From positions 192,001-256,000 of the forward strand of contig OZ239628.1 of NCBI GenBank assembly GCA_965195345.1: a DNA stretch of 64,000 nucleotides, written 5' to 3'. The position numbers were made by a program, and so were the translations under genes. Below, in pieces: positions 10,497-20,656 of the stretch. Within the stretch, counting starts at the first letter, position 1. Each line of letters opens with the position of its first letter. The notes under the pieces are model-generated. The model saw nothing but the letters and a program-made list of their open reading frames with translations, had not been told where the DNA came from and searched no databases. The stretch is from an uncultured Thiomicrospira sp. (GTDB lineage Bacteria > Pseudomonadota > Gammaproteobacteria > CAKMZV01).

Positions 10497-10823
10497 ATGT
10501 TAGGAAAAAATGGCGTGGGCAATTTAATGAAACAAGCTCAGCAAATGCAAGAAAAAATGCAACGCATGCAAGATGAATTAAAACAGCTTGAAGCGACAGG
10601 CGAAGCTGGAGGAGGGTGGGTTAAAGTCACACTGAATGGAGACAATCAGTTGATTCGTATTGACATCAAAGAAGATGCTGTAAACGATAAAGAAATGCTT
10701 GAGGATTTAATCACTGCTGCGCATAATGCTGCACGCATAAAAATCACAACCTTAACTCAAGAGAAATCGCAAGAAACAATGGGAGGATTCAATTTGCCTC
10801 CAGGAATGAAACTTCCTTTTTAA
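10497..10823 (+). CDS. ybaB: YbaB/EbfC nucleoid-associated protein
   Basis: MKQAQQMQ, G.AGGG.VKV, LEDLI.AA.N motifs. AGGAGG RBS precedes ATG 10497. Confidence 0.96.
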   Translation: MLGKNGVGNLMKQAQQMQEKMQRMQDELKQLEATGEAGGGWVKVTLNGDNQLIRIDIKEDAVNDKEMLEDLITAAHNAARIKITTLTQEKSQETMGGFNLPPGMKLPF

Positions 10824-10830
10824 AAAACCT

Positions 10831-11412
10831 ATGTACGACCCTCTTTTGAAACAGCTTGAGACTGCCTTACAAATCTTTCCCGGTGTTGGCAAGCGTAGCG
10901 CACAGAGAATGGTGCAACACATATTGCAGAATAACCGAAATGGTGCCTTGGTACTAGGAGAGGTTTTATCCAAGGCAATGCAACAGGTTGGCAATTGCAA
11001 ACGTTGCCGAAACTTTTCTACTCAAGAAATTTGTGCTTTATGCGACGATGCAAGCCGAGATCAAGCTCTCCTTTGCGTAGTTGCATCGCCTTCTGACATC
11101 GACGCTATTGAAAGCGCCGATTACAACGGACAATTTTTTATATTGATGGGACTGCTGTCCCCTATGCGGGGTATTGGACGAGATAATTTAGGATTGAAGC
11201 TACTGAAACACCGAATTGAAAGCACCCCGTTTAACGAGTTAATATTAGCCCTTCCTGGAACTATTGAAGGAGAAGCTACATCCCAGTTGATAATAGATCA
11301 GTTCAATGAGCAGATTAAAATATCCAAACTAGCACAAGGCGTTCCTGTAGGCAGTGACCTTTCCTATCTTGATAGCAATACGCTAAACCATGCTTTCAGA
11401 GGCCGCCATTAG
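10831..11412 (+). CDS. recR: Recombination mediator RecR
   Basis: PGVGKRSAQR HhH, C4 Zn finger and TOPRIM (EGEAT, LAQGVPVG). Confidence 0.97.
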   Translation: MYDPLLKQLETALQIFPGVGKRSAQRMVQHILQNNRNGALVLGEVLSKAMQQVGNCKRCRNFSTQEICALCDDASRDQALLCVVASPSDIDAIESADYNGQFFILMGLLSPMRGIGRDNLGLKLLKHRIESTPFNELILALPGTIEGEATSQLIIDQFNEQIKISKLAQGVPVGSDLSYLDSNTLNHAFRGRH

Positions 11413-11414
11413 CT

Positions 11415-12647
11415 ATGATTACCCAATATGATTTTGATGGTGTCGATTATTCCTTACTGGCCGACAAATATGGCACCCCCCTTTACCTCTACAGTGCGAA
11501 TGCAATTTGTACGCAATGGGACGCTTTTAACCAATCATTTGGAACAAGAAAGCATCGTATATGCTACGCTGTTAAGGCAAACTCCAATTTATCAATTTTA
11601 AAATTATTAGCAGACAGAGGAAGCGGCTTTGACATCGTCTCTGGAGGCGAATTAAAAGCAGTCCTTCTTGCTGGTGGCAAAGCGGATGAGACCATTTTTT
11701 CTGGCGTTGCCAAACAAACTTGGGAAATTAAATTTGCCTTAACTCAGAACATCGGTTGTTTTAATGTTGAATCGCTTCCCGAGGTAGAGCGCATTGCACT
11801 CATTGCAAAAAATATGGGCAAAGTTGCAAACATTGCCGTACGTATTAACCCTGATATTGACGCTGGAACACACCCTTACATTTCAACAGGACTAAAAGAA
11901 AACAAGTTTGGAGTAGACCTCCCTTCTGCGTATCGTATTTATGATTTAGCAAAAACCTCTCCCTCTCTAAACATAGAAGGTATCTCTTGCCATGTTGGCT
12001 CACAATTAACCGACTTGGAACCTTTCAATGAATCGACAGAAAAACTTTTAAATGTCGTTGCTGAATTAGAAAAGTGTGACATTAAGATCAACCACATTGA
12101 TGTGGGAGGAGGGCTTGGGGTTCGTTATGATAACGAAGATCCTCCAGCAATATCGAGCTACGTAGAAAATTTGTGCCGAAACATTCCAGAAAAATACCCA
12201 ATATTTCTCGAACCTGGGCGAGCCATCGTTGCAAACGCTGGCGTTTTATTAACCAAAGTAGAATATTTGAAAGAAACACCAAGTAAAAATTTCGCCCTTA
12301 TCGATGGCGCAATGAACGACCTCCTTCGCCCGTCTCTTTACTCCGCCTACCATAATATTTCCCGTGCTGGGGGAGAGCTCGATGTTCGAAAAATCTACGA
12401 CATAGTCGGTCCTGTTTGTGAAACAAGTGATTTTCTTGGAAAAAATCGAGAGCTCGGTATCATTGAAGGCGATTTGCTATGCATATTTTCTGTAGGAGGA
12501 TACGGCTTTGTAATGGGTTCAAACTATAATTCTAGAGGACGCGCTGCAGAAGTTCTTATCGATAAAAACGGACAACATCGATTAATTAGTTCTCGGGAAT
12601 CCTTTGATGAAATATTTTCAAATCAACTACGCCATTTAAACCATTAA
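11415..12647 (+). CDS. lysA: Diaminopimelate decarboxylase
   Basis: YAVKANSN, HVGSQ, EPGR and GPVCETSD motifs. Confidence 0.97.
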   Translation: MITQYDFDGVDYSLLADKYGTPLYLYSANAICTQWDAFNQSFGTRKHRICYAVKANSNLSILKLLADRGSGFDIVSGGELKAVLLAGGKADETIFSGVAKQTWEIKFALTQNIGCFNVESLPEVERIALIAKNMGKVANIAVRINPDIDAGTHPYISTGLKENKFGVDLPSAYRIYDLAKTSPSLNIEGISCHVGSQLTDLEPFNESTEKLLNVVAELEKCDIKINHIDVGGGLGVRYDNEDPPAISSYVENLCRNIPEKYPIFLEPGRAIVANAGVLLTKVEYLKETPSKNFALIDGAMNDLLRPSLYSAYHNISRAGGELDVRKIYDIVGPVCETSDFLGKNRELGIIEGDLLCIFSVGGYGFVMGSNYNSRGRAAEVLIDKNGQHRLISSRESFDEIFSNQLRHLNH

Positions 12648-12709
12648 GAATTTTTTCCATATTCTTTGCTCAATTAGTGTGCTCAACAGCTCTCAAAATG
12701 AGCATGATG

Positions 12710-13166
12710 TGGATTTACCAAGAATCGGTGAAATTCCCACGGGGCTTCCATCAATTGTTATTCCTCAACTCGGCATAGCTGATTTGCCACAAATCGTAAA
12801 GTGCCTTAATTCTTGCTTTCTTGGGATCCATTGACTCCCTGTTAACGTCTTTGTCGCTGACTCAATGACTCGAACATCACACAATTCGAATAAAGAACTT
12901 ATTGGTCAAGGCATTGGCAACATTGTTGCTGGTCTGTTTGGTGGACTGGCAAGCGCGGGTGCAACAATGCGTACTCTCGTAAATATTCGTTCGGGTGGAT
13001 TAACTCCCTAAGCGGTATGATACATGCTGGCGTTTTTTTCGAGGCGTGCCAAAATGTACTTGATACTCTTGAAAAAACAGATGTTCTTGACGGTTTCCCT
13101 GAACAAAACATCACCGAGACTCGCCTTGATGCACTCAATCGCACAGAATCAATTATAGTTCCTTGA
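12710..13166 (+). pseudogene. SulP/BicA-type anion transporter remnant
   Basis: Frameshifted pieces read IGEIPTGLP, LAFLGSIDSLLTS, VADSMTRTSHNSNKELIGQGIGN..AGLFGG..AGATMRTLVNIRSGG and SGMIHAG, fused directly to a STAS-like C-terminal fragment. The N-terminus is absent. Confidence 0.85.
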
Positions 13167-13208
13167 GAAACTCCTTAAAAAGGCGAACAAGTACCTTCTC
13201 CGCAAGGA

Positions 13209-14555
13209 TTATCCCTTTATATTATCTCGGCTAAGATCTTCCTTGCTTGCCACATCTGCAAGCGTCCCTTTTGGAGGCTTATACCAGCCAGGATCATTAT
13301 AGTTTTCAATATCTCGGCGCACTTTTAATATCGTAAATAAACCACCCATGGTTATGTAATCGTGGGGTCCCCAACCACCAACCATTGGGATTGAGTTGTC
13401 AGGAGGAGTCATATGCCCACGCTCTATGTGTATGCCATGCTCTCCCATTCCATCCGAACCCATAGCCATAAAATTAGGGAAAATATTTGCCACTGCTCGC
13501 TCAAAAACACGTGGATCAGTACCGATCAAGTTTGGAATGTCATGCCCCATTTGATTCATAACATGGTGAGTCATATGACAATGCATCACCCAGTCTCCTT
13601 CGGCATCAGCCCTCAACTCAATATCGCGAGTCGAACCAACAGGAACAAGCACCGTTGTTTCTGGCCATTGTCCTGCCGCTGGAATCGCGCCTCCGTCCGT
13701 TGCGACCACATTAAAACTGTACCCATGTAAATGGATTGGGTGATGACTCATTGCCGATAAGTTTCCTATGCGAATTCGCACCTTATCTCCCCACTTTGCA
13801 ATCAAATTATCCGTTCCTGGAAAACAACGCGCATTGATAGTTAGCAAATTAAAATCCACCATTTCATTAGGGTCAGGTCGACGAGTTCCAGGATCTATTT
13901 TCCATTCACTCAACATCATGACAAAATCACGATCTGGACGCTGTGCCTTTGGCACCCCTCGCGGATGAACAATAAACATTCCGAGCATCCCCATAGACAT
14001 TTGCGTCATTTCATCGTGGTGTGAATGATACATAAAAGTCCCATGTTGGCGCAATGTGAACTCATACTTAAACGTCTCTCCAGGTTTAATTGCTCTTTGA
14101 CTTACGCCTCCAACACCATCCATACCGCTTGGTAAAAATATGCCGTGCCAATGCACTGATGTTGGCGCAATAAGACGATTAGTAACATATATTCGAACGC
14201 GGTCACCTTCACCCACTTCAATTGTTGGTCCGTGTACCTGCCCATTGAATCCCCAGCACAGCCCTTCTAATCCTTTGGCAAACTGATGATTGACCTCTTC
14301 ACATATCAGATGGAATACTTTTACGCCATCAACTACTTTGTATGGCAACGTAGAGCCATTGGGCGTTATGGTAGGATTGTAATCAACGCCCGGAACAGCG
14401 GGAGGCAAGCCGCTTACATCATTCAGCCTTCCACTTGAAGAATCAGCCCACCGCCTTTCTTCAGTTGCTGTATTTGCAAATGCGGGCGTTGAAGCAACAC
14501 TTGCAGCAGATGTTACAAGGGCTGCCTTAATAAATTTGCGACGATCATTTAACAT
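13209..14555 (-). CDS. Tat-exported multicopper oxidase
   Basis: RRKFIK Tat signal, and HWHG, MYHSH, HPIHLHG and HCHMTHH copper motifs. Confidence 0.93.
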   Translation of the reverse strand: MLNDRRKFIKAALVTSAASVASTPAFANTATEERRWADSSSGRLNDVSGLPPAVPGVDYNPTITPNGSTLPYKVVDGVKVFHLICEEVNHQFAKGLEGLCWGFNGQVHGPTIEVGEGDRVRIYVTNRLIAPTSVHWHGIFLPSGMDGVGGVSQRAIKPGETFKYEFTLRQHGTFMYHSHHDEMTQMSMGMLGMFIVHPRGVPKAQRPDRDFVMMLSEWKIDPGTRRPDPNEMVDFNLLTINARCFPGTDNLIAKWGDKVRIRIGNLSAMSHHPIHLHGYSFNVVATDGGAIPAAGQWPETTVLVPVGSTRDIELRADAEGDWVMHCHMTHHVMNQMGHDIPNLIGTDPRVFERAVANIFPNFMAMGSDGMGEHGIHIERGHMTPPDNSIPMVGGWGPHDYITMGGLFTILKVRRDIENYNDPGWYKPPKGTLADVASKEDLSRDNIKG

Positions 14556-15925
14556 TAGTGTTCTCCTTGGGAATTATCTGACCCTGTATCCGAGACATTG
14601 CTCTTTGAAAACTCAAGCGTAATGCCTGCAGTCATTGCTTCGATTCTGGCTCTATTTTGCCAATATTGATGCAGCATGTCTACAAAGCCACTCCGTCTTT
14701 CATTCCCTTGCTTGTGGTAATTTAGCAACCCAAAAATTCCAAGCTGCATCCCGTTATAAGACTTCATAGACTCCGTTTCTAAATTTATTTGGTCGGGTGT
14801 TACCTCGTCTAATAATTTCTCAACTAATTTACGCGATAACCGCATATCTTCAACCGCATTGGTGGTCGTTAATTGCAATTTCTTTTTTTGAAAATTCAGT
14901 TGTAACCGTGTTTTGCGCAAAGCATGGCGAATAGCCGCCGCTCGCGTTCCGCCTGTATCAAGTATGGGAATAGCTAAATCCACCTGAGCGCCAAACTCAC
15001 CTTCTCCATCGCTGCGTTCATAAACGGGCCCTGCTTCGACGTCGTGCACAAACCGCTCTGTTTGATTTTGTGAATGGGCGGCATGTAATGCTTTTTCTTG
15101 TTTTGCAAGCCGCTGTAATTTCAAATTATTTTCCAATATCTTGGCCTCAATTCCATCCAGTTGAATCGTTTTCGAAGGAATTTTAGGCAAGGTATCTGGA
15201 ACGAGTAACCGATCTACATCAACTCCCAGCATTAGTGCGAGCTTACGTAATTCAGAGCGATAGTTCTGTTCAATCAAGTGAAAACGGACTTCCGATAGGC
15301 TGTAGTTTATATTCGCGGAATAAAGCGCAAGGTCGGTTGTGTTACCCACTCGATGAATCTCTTCTGTGCTTACCTTAGACGCTTCCATCGCATCCAACGT
15401 CCGCACCTCTATTCCAAGTTTTTGTTGCGATGCAACCACCAGTAGCCACTGATCGTAGATGGCATATAAGCGCTCTATTAGTTTTTCTAAAGCGGCATAC
15501 TGCGCTTCTTCAAAAACCGCATCAGCGCGATCTATTCGAGCACTCAAAGACAGTAGACGAGTCAAGCTCCACGTCAACTCAAATTCCTGAGATTGATCAA
15601 ATGCTGTTATTTCAATTTCAGGGTTTGCTAATAATGCCGTTTGCATTGCCTGCGCATGCTGCTCCCCTAATCTTGCCAAATTAATTTGCAGCTCATAGCT
15701 ATTAAGCAAAGCAACCTCAAATAGAGTCGGTGCAGTTAACGGTTCCTCTAACAAACGCCGAACTTTCGTTTGGACGTCTGCAGGAGGGTGGTCTCCATCC
15801 CACCAAATAATGCTTTTATCAAACCTTTCAATCACACTGTCTTGAATAAATTTCTCTGCTGGTTTTTTTGGTAAAGAGCAGGCAGATAGAAAGACGATTG
15901 TAAATATAAAAATGTACTTTTTCAT
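14555..15925 (-). CDS. TolC-family outer-membrane lipoprotein (copper resistance associated)
   Basis: LSAC lipobox, LLANP, helical OEP pattern, and one-base overlap with the copper oxidase. Confidence 0.8.
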   Translation of the reverse strand: MKKYIFIFTIVFLSACSLPKKPAEKFIQDSVIERFDKSIIWWDGDHPPADVQTKVRRLLEEPLTAPTLFEVALLNSYELQINLARLGEQHAQAMQTALLANPEIEITAFDQSQEFELTWSLTRLLSLSARIDRADAVFEEAQYAALEKLIERLYAIYDQWLLVVASQQKLGIEVRTLDAMEASKVSTEEIHRVGNTTDLALYSANINYSLSEVRFHLIEQNYRSELRKLALMLGVDVDRLLVPDTLPKIPSKTIQLDGIEAKILENNLKLQRLAKQEKALHAAHSQNQTERFVHDVEAGPVYERSDGEGEFGAQVDLAIPILDTGGTRAAAIRHALRKTRLQLNFQKKKLQLTTTNAVEDMRLSRKLVEKLLDEVTPDQINLETESMKSYNGMQLGIFGLLNYHKQGNERRSGFVDMLHQYWQNRARIEAMTAGITLEFSKSNVSDTGSDNSQGEH

Positions 15926-15927
15926 GT

Positions 15928-16030
15928 TCCCCTCACATAAACCTTTAAGCCAAAGCTCAAAGATGAAATAAAAATGCGTTGCACTATCTAACGAGGCAAC
16001 TCGGAAGTGAATATTTACGTGATTGGGGGA
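15928..16030 (-). promoter_or_regulatory. Predicted anti-Shine-Dalgarno structure linking the leader ORF end to the tolC RBS
   Basis: mRNA UCCCC(CAA)UCACGUAAAU (16030-16013) pairs over 15 bp (2 G-U, one 3-nt bulge) with GUUUAUGUGAGGGGA (15942-15928), which contains the SD. Confidence 0.55.
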
Positions 16031-16329
16031 CGAAACAGAAGATCGAGAGACGTTTTCTGAAAAGATTTGATAGTTGGGAACGATTGAAGCGGTCGAATCA
16101 AAATAGTTTGCACCATTGTTATTTCTTGCTCAAATGTCGCTGTCTGCGCACAATGGCAAGATTGTGATTGAGTGGACTCATGGCAATTCATTGTTGCACT
16201 ATCCGTGAATAGCATATTAGTGCTACACACTGAACCTGAAAAACCTAAATTACTCCACAGTAAAAACAGTAAAAGTATCAGTGATTGATTTTTTATTTTA
16301 AAAGTCATCTTTATAAGGATACGTTGCAT
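16015..16329 (-). CDS. Small exported Cys/His leader protein ending in RPP (CutF/CruR/DUF2946-like)
   Basis: Signal-like N-terminus, C..CH..CHC cluster and C-terminal LLFRPPIT, about 90 bp upstream of the TolC-MCO operon. Confidence 0.65.
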   Translation of the reverse strand: MQRILIKMTFKIKNQSLILLLFLLWSNLGFSGSVCSTNMLFTDSATMNCHESTQSQSCHCAQTATFEQEITMVQTILIRPLQSFPTIKSFQKTSLDLLFRPPIT

Positions 16330-16369
16330 TTAGAAGCATCCCTCATGTCAACAAAATAAACCGCATCTG

Positions 16370-18340
16370 TTAATGTCCTTCGGACTGCATTTGACTTATG
16401 ATATCAGGGTTTTCCAAGGTTGATGTGTCCGAGGTAATTGCCTCGCCTTTAGCGACTGTTTTAAGCAACCTACGCATTATTTTCCCTGAGCGCGTTTTCG
16501 GCAAATTGTCTGCAAATCGAATCTCATCGGGTCTTGCGATTGCTCCTATTTCTTTTGTCACCTGATCACGAAGCTCTTTTGCTATATCAGCGGCTTTTCC
16601 ACCTTCAGGTCGCTCTCCAATGGGAATAACGAAAGCCATTATTGCTTCACCTTTCACGGGATGCGGTCTTGGAACAACGGCTGCCTCAGCAATCAATGGG
16701 TGGCTAACCAAAGCAGATTCAATTTCCATCGTTCCCAGTCGATGCCCCGATACATTAAGGACATCGTCCATGCGCCCCATAATCCAAAAGTAACCATCAT
16801 CATCAATACGGGCATTATCACCTGCCACATAATAGCGATTGTCAAATAACGACCAATACGCATCTATATAGCGTGCATCGTCATTAAATACTGTGCGCAG
16901 CATAGACGGCCACGGCTTGGTGGCAACCAAAGCGCCCCCTTGATTCGGCTCATCAATAATTTGACCGCTTTCATCAACAATTGCCATAGATATCCCCGGC
17001 AACGGTCTCGTACAAGAACCAGGCTTAGTGGCAACCACCCCCGGTATGGGAGCAATCATATTCGCACCTGTCTCAGTTTGCCACCAAGTATCAACTATAG
17101 GGCAACGCTCTTTGCCAATTGTTCGATGATACCACATCCATGCTTCAGGGTTGATGGGCTCTCCTACAGTTCCAAGCAAACGAATTGAAGACAAGTCGTA
17201 ACGATTAGGAAAATCTTCTCCCGCTTTCATAAGCGCACGGATAGCGGTGGGTGCAGTATAAAAAATCGTCACCTTGTTCGAGGCGCAGATTTTCCAAAAT
17301 CGCCCAGCATCTGGAACGGTTGGTCCACCCTCATAAATCATAATCGTGCCACCACAAGCAAGTGGACCATAACACACATAAGAATGCCCTGTGATCCAAC
17401 CAACATCGGCTGTACACCAAAAAACATCAACATCAGGCTTGATATCCATGACCCATTCCATCGTCAACTGTGCGTTAAGCAAATAGCCTGCGCTTGAGTG
17501 TTGAACGCCTTTCGGCTTCCCTGTGGACCCCGATGTATAGAGGACAAATAAAGGGTGGTCGGCCTCGACAGGCTCAGGAGGACAATGATTACTCATGCCT
17601 TCTTCTGCTTCATTCCACCAAATATCTCGTTCCGAATTCATAACAACTTCATTGCCTGCATTTTTAAGAACAATAACCTTCTTAACAGCAGCAGTGCTTG
17701 CATCCAAAGCAGCATCAACCGCTGCCTTTAACGCCACAAGCTTTCCTCCCCTATAGCTACCATCCGCCGTTATAACGACCTTTGCACCAGCATCTTCAAT
17801 CCGATCACGCAAAGCCTCTGAAGAAAACCCGCCAAATACAACGGAATGCGTTGCTCCAATACGTGCGCACGCTTGCATCGCAAAAACCGCGTGCGCTGTC
17901 ATCGGCATATAAATAATAACTCGATCGCCCTTTCCAACGCCTATTTTCTTGAGTGCATTAGCAATTCGACATACCTCATCGTGCAACTCACGATAGGTAT
18001 AAGTTCTTGAGTCGCCCTTTTCATTTTCAAAAATAATCGCCGTTTGATCGCCTCGATCATCAAGATGACGGTCTATGCAATTTGCTGAAACATTCATTTG
18101 ACCATCAGAAAACCAATTAAAATGCGGCGCTTTTGAAGCGTCTAAAATAACACTAAACTCCTTAATCCAATTGAGCTTTTCTCGTGCTAAATTACCCCAA
18201 AAACCCTCATTATCTGCATCAGCCTCATCATATAATGCTTGCAAAGACTCTGCATTCAAATTTGCTTGTTTTTGAAATGCTTCATTTGGCTTGAATTGAC
18301 GTCTTTCAACCAAGCTTGATTCGAGTGTTCTATCGTTCAT
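16370..18340 (-). CDS. acs: Acetyl-CoA synthetase
   Basis: [20 protein letters not shown] and [12 protein letters not shown] motifs. Confidence 0.98.
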   Translation of the reverse strand: MNDRTLESSLVERRQFKPNEAFQKQANLNAESLQALYDEADADNEGFWGNLAREKLNWIKEFSVILDASKAPHFNWFSDGQMNVSANCIDRHLDDRGDQTAIIFENEKGDSRTYTYRELHDEVCRIANALKKIGVGKGDRVIIYMPMTAHAVFAMQACARIGATHSVVFGGFSSEALRDRIEDAGAKVVITADGSYRGGKLVALKAAVDAALDASTAAVKKVIVLKNAGNEVVMNSERDIWWNEAEEGMSNHCPPEPVEADHPLFVLYTSGSTGKPKGVQHSSAGYLLNAQLTMEWVMDIKPDVDVFWCTADVGWITGHSYVCYGPLACGGTIMIYEGGPTVPDAGRFWKICASNKVTIFYTAPTAIRALMKAGEDFPNRYDLSSIRLLGTVGEPINPEAWMWYHRTIGKERCPIVDTWWQTETGANMIAPIPGVVATKPGSCTRPLPGISMAIVDESGQIIDEPNQGGALVATKPWPSMLRTVFNDDARYIDAYWSLFDNRYYVAGDNARIDDDGYFWIMGRMDDVLNVSGHRLGTMEIESALVSHPLIAEAAVVPRPHPVKGEAIMAFVIPIGERPEGGKAADIAKELRDQVTKEIGAIARPDEIRFADNLPKTRSGKIMRRLLKTVAKGEAITSDTSTLENPDIISQMQSEGH

Positions 18341-18474
18341 GATTTTATTTTTCTTTAAAGTGTTTGTAGTTATTCGTGGTTACGTATTGCATTCTTTCAG
18401 GCGTTAGCATACACTATTCTTCCTGTGTAAGTCAATCCTATATCGAAATATTGAGGGAGTTAAATTAACAAAAA

Positions 18475-18921
18475 ATGAAAAAGAAAATATATTTATTCAA
18501 CCTACTTATTGGCCTCTTTTTTGCGCCTTTCGCTGTGGCAGAATACGAGTGCGAACCAACCCCTCAAATGTTTCTTGGTAACAGCTACAAACCAATAACT
18601 CAAACCAGCACAGAGTTAGGAAAAGGATTTCACGTACGTGGCACCGTTTTTTCGGCCGTAGACTGTATGCAAATTCCGAGCGCCAAAATACAGTATTGGC
18701 AAGCTGGGAAAAATGGCAAGTATGAGGATCGGTTCTATGCCCAACAAGTCGCCAATGAAAAAGGGCAATTTGGGTTTGAAACAGAATACCCTGGAACCAA
18801 CCCGCCCCACATTCATTTCATAATCACTGCTCCGGGATACAAAACACTGACGACTCAATGGGTTTCAAAAGGGTTCCGTGATCGAGTCACCTTATATTTA
18901 ACAATGGAACCTGTTAAATGA
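18475..18921 (+). CDS. Exported intradiol ring-cleavage dioxygenase-like protein
   Basis: Signal peptide, C.PTP, WQA...G.Y and PHIHF motifs. Confidence 0.7.
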   Translation: MKKKIYLFNLLIGLFFAPFAVAEYECEPTPQMFLGNSYKPITQTSTELGKGFHVRGTVFSAVDCMQIPSAKIQYWQAGKNGKYEDRFYAQQVANEKGQFGFETEYPGTNPPHIHFIITAPGYKTLTTQWVSKGFRDRVTLYLTMEPVK

Positions 18922-19514
18922 AAAAAATTGTATTAGCGACGAACAATCGTTCGAAAACGGCTGAGTTGCAGTCGGCATTTGAAGATTTAAACATTTTGCT
19001 CATCCCACAATGCGACTATGATGTGCCAGAAGTAAAAGAAACAGGACTTACATTTGTTGAAAACGCTCTAATCAAAGCTCGCCACGCTGCCAAACATACT
19101 GGTCTGCCTGCTCTCTCTGACGACTCTGGCTTGTCCGTCAAAGCATTACGCGGGGCACCAGGATTACATTCTGCTCGATTCGCACACGATACCGCAACGG
19201 ATGAAGAAAATGTTGCCCATTTATTAAAAACATTGAAGCAAACCCTTGAGCAAGATAGAGCGGCTAAATTTATTTGTATTCTTACTCTGTGTTCAAGCGC
19301 TGAAGATCCAGCACCTCTTATTGCGCAAGGTATTTGGTACGGTAGCATCGCAACAGAACAAAAAGGAACGAATGGTTTTGGTTACGATCCCATTTTTCTT
19401 TTGGACAATGGACTGCACGCCGCTGAACTTGATAGAAAGGATAAAATGACACTATCCCATAGGGGCATCGCAATCGCTAAAATGCGTAGAAAGATACAGG
19501 ATTCCGCCGCTTGA
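18918..19514 (+). CDS. rdgB: dITP/XTP pyrophosphatase
   Basis: LATNN, ENA.IKA, DDSGL, GFGYDPIF and SHRG motifs. Confidence 0.97.
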   Translation: MKKIVLATNNRSKTAELQSAFEDLNILLIPQCDYDVPEVKETGLTFVENALIKARHAAKHTGLPALSDDSGLSVKALRGAPGLHSARFAHDTATDEENVAHLLKTLKQTLEQDRAAKFICILTLCSSAEDPAPLIAQGIWYGSIATEQKGTNGFGYDPIFLLDNGLHAAELDRKDKMTLSHRGIAIAKMRRKIQDSAA

Positions 19515-20638
19515 CCCCCCCTTCAATTTATATACACCTTCCTTGGTGTATTGAGAAGTGTCCGTATTGCGACTTCAATTCGCATAAAGCACCAACCGTT
19601 ATTCCAGAAGATAAGTACATTGATGCGCTCCTAAAAGATTTTGACAATCAGCGCCTTCATTGGCAGATGCACCAACCAATATCAAGCATTTTTATCGGTG
19701 GAGGTACTCCCTCATTATTTAGTGGCAAGGGAATTGAGCGTCTGCTAAATTCCCTCAATAAAAGCCTTGGGTTTACGAGTGGCATTGAAATCACTCTTGA
19801 AGCAAACCCAGGCGCCGTAGACAGTAAACGCTTTCAAGAATACGCATCGGCTGGTATTAATCGCCTATCTTTAGGGGTTCAATCTTTCAATGATGGGCAT
19901 CTTCAATCTCTCGGGCGCATTCATAATGCCGATCACGCAAAAAAGGCAATTGAACAAGCTATGCAATACTTTTCTCGAGTGAATATAGATTTAATGTATG
20001 CGCTGCCTCAACAAAATCAGGATCAAGCCTATCAAGACTTATTACAAGCAATTGCTTTTAGTCCGCAGCATATATCTTGGTACCAACTAACTATAGAGCC
20101 AAACACGCCTTTTTTCCGCAGCCCTCCTTCGATACCCGATGAGGAGACGTGCGAACAAATAATCACGCAAGGTTTGGCTTTGTTGAGTGCACATAATTAT
20201 GAGCGATATGAAATTTCAGCCTTTGCTCAAAAAGGCGAGGAATCTCGCCATAACCTTAACTATTGGCGCTTTGGAGATTACTTAGGCTTAGGCTGTGGTG
20301 CGCACGGGAAAATATCAAAAAAAGACAGCAGCATATTTAGAACACGGCATATTTCAGCACCTATGGCCTACATTGAACAAATGCTCAAAAAACCGCTTCC
20401 TCTACTAAAACCAATAACAAATGACCAACTCCCCTTTGAATTTATGCTCAACGCCCTGCGATTAATTAACGGCGTAGATGTAAAGCTTGCTGAACAATTA
20501 TTTGACTTAAAAGAAATTGCGCATATCGTGAAGCAAGCACAGGAGAGTGGGCTACTCGAAGTCTCAAGCTCTCGGTTTAAAGCAACGCCTTTTGGGCTGC
20601 GCTTTCTTAACGATTTACAAGCGCTCTTTTTGAAATAG
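19511..20638 (+). CDS. hemW: Radical SAM heme chaperone HemW
   Basis: YIHLPWC..KC.YCDF, GGGTPS and HN.NYW motifs. Follows rdgB. Confidence 0.95.
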   Translation: MTPPSIYIHLPWCIEKCPYCDFNSHKAPTVIPEDKYIDALLKDFDNQRLHWQMHQPISSIFIGGGTPSLFSGKGIERLLNSLNKSLGFTSGIEITLEANPGAVDSKRFQEYASAGINRLSLGVQSFNDGHLQSLGRIHNADHAKKAIEQAMQYFSRVNIDLMYALPQQNQDQAYQDLLQAIAFSPQHISWYQLTIEPNTPFFRSPPSIPDEETCEQIITQGLALLSAHNYERYEISAFAQKGEESRHNLNYWRFGDYLGLGCGAHGKISKKDSSIFRTRHISAPMAYIEQMLKKPLPLLKPITNDQLPFEFMLNALRLINGVDVKLAEQLFDLKEIAHIVKQAQESGLLEVSSSRFKATPFGLRFLNDLQALFLK

Positions 20639-20656
20639 TTTGTTTAACAGAATGTT

